Shown: one piece after another, positions 60,047-64,000 of the stretch | Numbering within the stretch: position 1 is the stretch's first letter | Layout of the letters: every line of letters starts with the position of its first letter | Source: a bacterium | GTDB taxonomy: Bacteria > UBA8248 | DNA: 64,000 nt | NCBI GenBank assembly: GCA_965225985.1 | Contig: OZ245330.1 | Coordinates: 3,098,019 to 3,162,018, forward strand | Reading direction: 5' to 3' | Translations under genes and position numbers: made by a program | Notes under the pieces: model-generated | Seen by the model: the letters and a program-made list of their open reading frames with translations, nothing else | Told to the model about the DNA's origin: nothing | Database searches by the model: none

Positions 60047-60328
60047 ATGAAAAAATTCTTATTCTCCCTCATTTTGGCCGTGGCGCTCCTCGCACCCGCC
60101 GGCGCGGCCTACGCCCAGGAGTCCCCGAACTTCGGCGAGGTCGTCCTCGACCTCGCCGTCGTCCGGCCCTTTCATTATGTCATCATGGCGGGGGGCTTCG
60201 TCCTCTATCCGTTCGCCTGGGTGCTGGACCCCCTCTTCCGCGACGATCCGGAGCTGCTGAAGGAGGAGCTGCTCACCCGGCCCTACAAATGCGCCATCGA
60301 GAGGCCGATCGGCAACTTCGACTGCTGA
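60047..60328 (+). CDS. Small secreted protein, paralog of 59586..59900
   Basis: MKKFLFSLILAVALLAPAGAAYA signal, then ...DLAVVRPFHYV...LTRPYKCAIERPIGNFDC. Confidence 0.5.
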   Translation: MKKFLFSLILAVALLAPAGAAYAQESPNFGEVVLDLAVVRPFHYVIMAGGFVLYPFAWVLDPLFRDDPELLKEELLTRPYKCAIERPIGNFDC

Positions 60329-60585
60329 CGCAGCGGACGAAGGGCGCCGAACCGCCCCGCCCGGACCGATAGAGAAAGCGAGCTGAAGAAGAAGGGGGCC
60401 CGACCGGCTCCCTTTCTTTTTTCCCAAGATCCCTTCCGCCTCCCCCCGGCGGGGGGGGAAGGAAAAATTCAGAGATAGAATCCTTTTTATCTGATATTTT
60501 TATGGCCAATGCCCGTCCCGGGGCTTATCTTAGTACTGTGTATATTGTATACAATCTTGAAAGCCTTTGAAAAAGGAGGCCGAAC

Positions 60586-61395
60586 ATGGACACAGCAGCC
60601 AGATGGCCCAAATTTCTAAGCGATGCCTTCACAACCACCCGCTACTCGGGGGTATGGCTCCTGGTCCGGGTCTGGCTGGGATTTCTGTGGCTGGACGCGG
60701 GCTGGCACAAGCTCATGGGAAAGGGATGGCTCTGGTTCGACGGCGGCGCCTCGCTGGAGGGCTTCTGGACGCGGGCGGTCGCCATCCCGGCGAAGGGCCG
60801 GCCCGCCATCCGCTACGACTGGTACCGCGACTTCCTCGCCTACATGCTCGATAACGGCTGGCACGAATGGTTCGGCACCCTGATCGTCTTCGCCGAGATC
60901 CTGGTCGGGCTGGCCTTGATCCTCGGCGCGCTGACCGGGCTCGCGGCCTTCGGCGGCTGGTTCATGAACGTGAACTTCATGCTCGCGGGAACGGCGGCCA
61001 CGAACCAGGTGATGGCCACCATGGCCGCGATGCTGATGATCTCCTACGCGGTGGCCGGGCACGCCGGCCTCGACCGCTGGCTGCTTCCCCGGCTGGGAAC
61101 CCCCTGGGGGGCGGCGCAGAAGATCCCCCTCATCGATCGGCTGGAGGGGTTCGCGGTCCAGCTCTTCTACATCGTCCTGCCGCTCGGCTTCGGCGTCCTG
61201 GCGGGGCAAGAACTTATCGCCTCCGACTTCGTGAACCACTTCATCCCGCTCAAGGCCCTGGGCGGCATCACGGGCGGGGCGCTCGGCCTCGCCGTCGGGG
61301 GATACGTGGTCTACCGGATTCACCGGGCTCCGGCCGGGGAGAAAGCGTCTCCGGCGGCTCCCGGCCCGAGGGAGAGACTCCCCCGGGCCGCCTGA
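60586..61395 (+). CDS. DoxX/DoxD-family membrane protein
   Basis: Four to five TM helices with the DoxX pattern (RVWLGFLWLDAGWHKL..., GTLIVFAEILVGLALILG). Confidence 0.68.
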   Translation: MDTAARWPKFLSDAFTTTRYSGVWLLVRVWLGFLWLDAGWHKLMGKGWLWFDGGASLEGFWTRAVAIPAKGRPAIRYDWYRDFLAYMLDNGWHEWFGTLIVFAEILVGLALILGALTGLAAFGGWFMNVNFMLAGTAATNQVMATMAAMLMISYAVAGHAGLDRWLLPRLGTPWGAAQKIPLIDRLEGFAVQLFYIVLPLGFGVLAGQELIASDFVNHFIPLKALGGITGGALGLAVGGYVVYRIHRAPAGEKASPAAPGPRERLPRAA

Positions 61396-61564
61396 GCGGC
61401 GCGGCGGTCGGACGGGCCGCTCCGGCCGGAGCCACCGGCCGGGGCGGTTTTTTCAGGCCGGAGGCAAGCGCCAGAAGAGCAGTCCGGGGGGAGGTGCCTC
61501 CCCCATCACCCCCTCCCCGGCGGGAAATCGCCAATAGTCCTTACGTTTCGGGGATTAATTTCGG

Positions 61565-61593
61565 TTGAAAGTTCCGACGGCAGGTACTATAAT
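61565..61593 (+). promoter_or_regulatory. Consensus sigma70-type promoter: TTGAAA, 17-nt spacer, TATAAT
   Basis: -35 at 61565-61570, -10 at 61588-61593, spacer exactly 17 nt. Read directly from the sequence. Confidence 0.6.
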
Positions 61594-61599
61594 TTATAT

Positions 61600-61913
61600 T
61601 ATAGGATCGAGATAAACAGGGGGAAACAGAACTGGGGACGCTGAGAAAAGATCGGCCGGAGCGATAGGGGCTTCCGCTCCGAGGGAGACTGCTCTCACAA
61701 CGGGAGGAAAGCTCGATGAAGCGAGACAGGAACCCGGTTCTGCAGGTGCAGTTTTCGGTCTCCCCGGCCCCACCGTCGGCCGGGCGGGGAGACTATAGGA
61801 AGGCGGACGACCCAAAAATGGGCGGCTTACCGTCCCGAATGGCAGCGGGGAAAATCCCCCGGCCAGAAAATTAGCATAGGGAGCGGGGTGCAACGCCCCG
61901 CTCCCTATTTTTT
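61600..61913 (+). ncRNA. Candidate structured RNA of about 310 nt (an sRNA, or a cis-regulatory leader of the downstream GAF gene); class unknown
   Basis: Lies between the consensus promoter and a strong intrinsic terminator. There is no ORF of 60 aa or more. Several stable hairpins are present, for example GGAGCG-ATAGGGGCTTC-CGCTCC, CTGCAGGTGCAG and TCTCCCCGGCC...GGCCGGGCGGGGAGA. A 52-codon ORF (61716..61874) with a GGAGGA SD is an alternative reading. Confidence 0.45.
61878..61913 (+). terminator. Rho-independent terminator
   Basis: AGGGAGCGGGG-TGCAAC-GCCCCGCTCCCT followed by ATTTTTT. Confidence 0.7.
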
Positions 61914-61976
61914 CCGCCCTCATAAAATGGAAGAAGCTTCCCGATTCTGCTCCCACCGTCTGGAAGCCACCTCGAA

Positions 61977-62572
61977 ATGGGGAGAGGGGCCATGGACCAG
62001 CAAGAAAAAAAGATTCTTATCTCGGCACCATCCGGAAGATCACCGAGGAGCTCACCTCCACCCTCGATATCGAAGAGGTGCTTCAGCACATCGTCCGCCT
62101 GACGGCGGAGGCCGTGGGCGTCAAGGGGTGCAGCCTCCGGCTGCTGAACGAGAAGACGAGACAGTTCGATCTCTCCGCCGCCTGGGGCCTGAGCCCGGTC
62201 TACCTCTCGAAGGGGCCCATCGACGCGGACCACAGCATGTCCGCCTGCATGAAGGGCGGCCTCGTGCACATCCTCGACGCGAAGAGCGACCTTCGCGTGC
62301 AGTACCCCGAGGACGCGCAGACGGAGGGGATCGTCTCGATGCTCTCGGTCCCGATGCTATCGGTGGGCCGTGTCCTGGGGGTGCTCCGCCTCTACACGTC
62401 GGAGACGCGGGACTTCGAGCGCGACGAGCTCGAATTCGTCCAGACGCTGGCCGACCTGGGCACCCTCGCGCTCGAGCACGCGCGCCTCTACACCGGCCTC
62501 AAGGAGGACCACGCCGCCCTCGTCGAGGACTTCCACGCCTGGTTCGAGGCGAGCACCTACCACCCCGCCTGA
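61977..62572 (+). CDS. GAF-domain protein; frameshift in an A7 run (62005-62011)
   Basis: MGRGAMDQQEKK, then a 1-nt shift into the GAF frame ...LGTIRKITEELTSTLDIEEVLQHIVRLTAEAVGVKGCSLRLL.... Confidence 0.58.
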
Positions 62573-62714
62573 GCGTTTCCACGGGGGGCGAATACACGGA
62601 GTGCAAGGGGGCCGGGGTGCGGCGGGCGGCCCGGTGAGAATTTCCCGGTCCGGCTGAAAAAGATGAAACCGCGGGGCATATTCGCGCCCCGTTTTTTTTC
62701 GTCCCCGGGCGGGG

Positions 62715-64000
62715 CTAGTCGGATTCGGCCCGGGCCACGGCGGGGGCCGTCCCGAGGTCTCCGGCCGTCGCGTCGTACTGCCGGAAGTAGGCGAGGTAGA
62801 TGAGGAAGGAGGCCACGTAGCAGACCGAGGCGATCCAGAAGGGCGCGAGCCACTGGTTTTGGGCGATGAAAAACCCCGCAATCCCCGCGCCGATCGCCAT
62901 GGGGAATTCCTTGAAGGCGTGGATGACGCCGTTGGTGGTTCCCCGCTCGGACGGCTCGACGATCTCCATCGGGAAGAGCTGATAGATCGGGTCCACCATC
63001 CCCAGCGTCGGGAAGATTGAGCCGATCAGGACCAGGGAGATGAGGTAGAAGATCGCCGCCAAGAGAAAATCGTCCGTCAGCCCGAGGAGCAGGACGAAGG
63101 GGACCCCCGCCATCCGGACCCAGACGATGGTGTTCACCTTCCCCAGGCGCTGGACCAGCAAGGGGATGAGCAGGGTGGCCGCCGCCACCGCGAGCGCCCC
63201 CACCGAGAAGACCAGGCCGATGTCCTCGGTGGAGGCGTGGATCTTGGTCGCGAAGTAGATGTTGAAGAAGGGGGCCGTCGCCCCCAGCCCCACGCTCATC
63301 AGGGCCGAGGTGAGCGCCAGCATGGTTATGTGCCGGTAGCTCCGCACCCCGCTCCACCACTTGCGCAGGGAGAGCCGCTCCCAGTCCTCCCGGATGAGGT
63401 AGATGGGCACCCAGGCCGCCGCCATGATGGGAAGGGCGAGGAAGAGCGCCCCCCGGAAGGCCCAGGCGCCGCCGGGCGCCACCCCCACCGTGAGCGCCAC
63501 CGCGAGGGGGAGCACCCCCGCCCCCAGGTTTCCCACGAAGTTGGAGCTCGTCTTGAGGACCGAATCCACCCCGAAGAGGTAGATGCGCTCCTCGGGCTCG
63601 CTCTGCTCGGTCAGGAAGGGAGGGCCCACGATGGCGTGGAAGCCCTCGGCCCCGCCCGCCAGGGCGTTCAGGGCCAGGAGCCAAGTGGGGTCCAGGGTGA
63701 TGAGGAGCATGATCTTGGCGGCGATGTTGGCGCTGTAGGAGACGAGGTAGGTGACCCGCCTGCCGAAAATGTCCGAGAGCATCCCGGCCGGGATCACGAC
63801 CAGGCCGTGCAGGAGCCAGTTCACCGTGACCATGGTGGCGACGAAGGCGGGCTCGAACCCCAGGGCCAGGAGGTAGAGGTTGAAGAGCAGGTTCCAGATT
63901 CCCAGGTTGAGGCCGAGGAAAGGCCCGCGGGCGAGGAGCAGCCGGGCGTTCGGGCGAAAACCCCGGATGCGCCGGACGTACTCCGAATCGCGGAGGAAGA
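62715..64000 (-). CDS. MFS-family transporter; N-terminal part lies outside the window
   Basis: Twelve-TM pattern. The reading frame continues upstream past 63833 to the window edge. Confidence 0.75.
   Translation of the reverse strand, partial: FLRDSEYVRRIRGFRPNARLLLARGPFLGLNLGIWNLLFNLYLLALGFEPAFVATMVTVNWLLHGLVVIPAGMLSDIFGRRVTYLVSYSANIAAKIMLLITLDPTWLLALNALAGGAEGFHAIVGPPFLTEQSEPEERIYLFGVDSVLKTSSNFVGNLGAGVLPLAVALTVGVAPGGAWAFRGALFLALPIMAAAWVPIYLIREDWERLSLRKWWSGVRSYRHITMLALTSALMSVGLGATAPFFNIYFATKIHASTEDIGLVFSVGALAVAAATLLIPLLVQRLGKVNTIVWVRMAGVPFVLLLGLTDDFLLAAIFYLISLVLIGSIFPTLGMVDPIYQLFPMEIVEPSERGTTNGVIHAFKEFPMAIGAGIAGFFIAQNQWLAPFWIASVCYVASFLIYLAYFRQYDATAGDLGTAPAVARAESD

Noticed and set aside
61600-61913. 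Assignment of the candidate RNA to RNase P RNA, tmRNA, SRP RNA or a T-box leader
   Set aside because: Partial resemblances such as GGGAGGAAAGCUCG and GGCGGCUUACCG are too short. The universally conserved blocks of those families are absent: GGUAAGAGCGCACC for RNase P, the tRNA-like CCA end for tmRNA, and AGGGUGGNACCGCG for the T-box.
1-64000. tRNA, rRNA and integrase genes that could mark a prophage attachment site
   Set aside because: I found no cloverleaf-like T-arm motif (GGTTCGAATCC or variants) or rRNA-like sequence. I found no tyrosine or serine recombinase ORF in the window.

Overview
The window is high-GC bacterial DNA, probably from a metagenome-type assembly; I cannot place the taxon. 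It has four parts. (1) Positions 1-7761 hold the 3' end of a family-III CoA-transferase gene, then a complete, translationally coupled coenzyme F420 biosynthesis operon (cofG-cofH-frhB-like-nitroreductase-cofD-cofC-cofE) and a cupin gene. (2) Positions 8.5-14 kb are housekeeping-like genes: a PmbA/TldD peptidase pair and a GAF/PP2C phosphatase. (3) Positions 14-32.7 kb are a phage head-tail structural module on the minus strand, running from portal through a protease/scaffold/major-head fusion, tail tube and tape-measure genes to baseplate and fibre genes. It contains an unusual tandem array of four small membrane-protein genes with a constant N-terminus and variable C-termini, interleaved with truncated tape-measure N-terminal paralogs, plus operator-like palindromes. 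It has no integrase and no adjacent terminase. (4) Positions 32.7-64 kb are a mosaic of cargo and phage remnants: DUF3800, an IS1595 transposase remnant, an M20 peptidase, two adenylate-cyclase/STAND-ATPase/TPR genes plus a fragment (each large gene divergently paired with a CheY-like receiver), DUF4242, a HicAB-like module, a frameshifted GpA-type terminase 12 kb from the portal, a cupredoxin, two methyltransferases, ornithine cyclodeaminase, a detached endolysin-holin cassette, lipoproteins, a DoxX protein, a GAF gene and a partial MFS transporter. A dispersed intergenic repeat family (core AGCCAACTACCGGAAATTCGGGG, at least 11 copies, two about 190 bp long) recurs across parts 3 and 4, usually just upstream of minus-strand phage-like genes. 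A roughly 310-nt candidate ncRNA has a consensus promoter and an intrinsic terminator. Many genes carry frameshifts at homopolymer runs, which look like sequencing artefacts, and four carry in-frame stop codons. One of these, in an ArsM-like methyltransferase, replaces a conserved Cys and is followed by a hairpin, making it a candidate selenoprotein. I could not run any searches, so all family assignments come from reading the translations.
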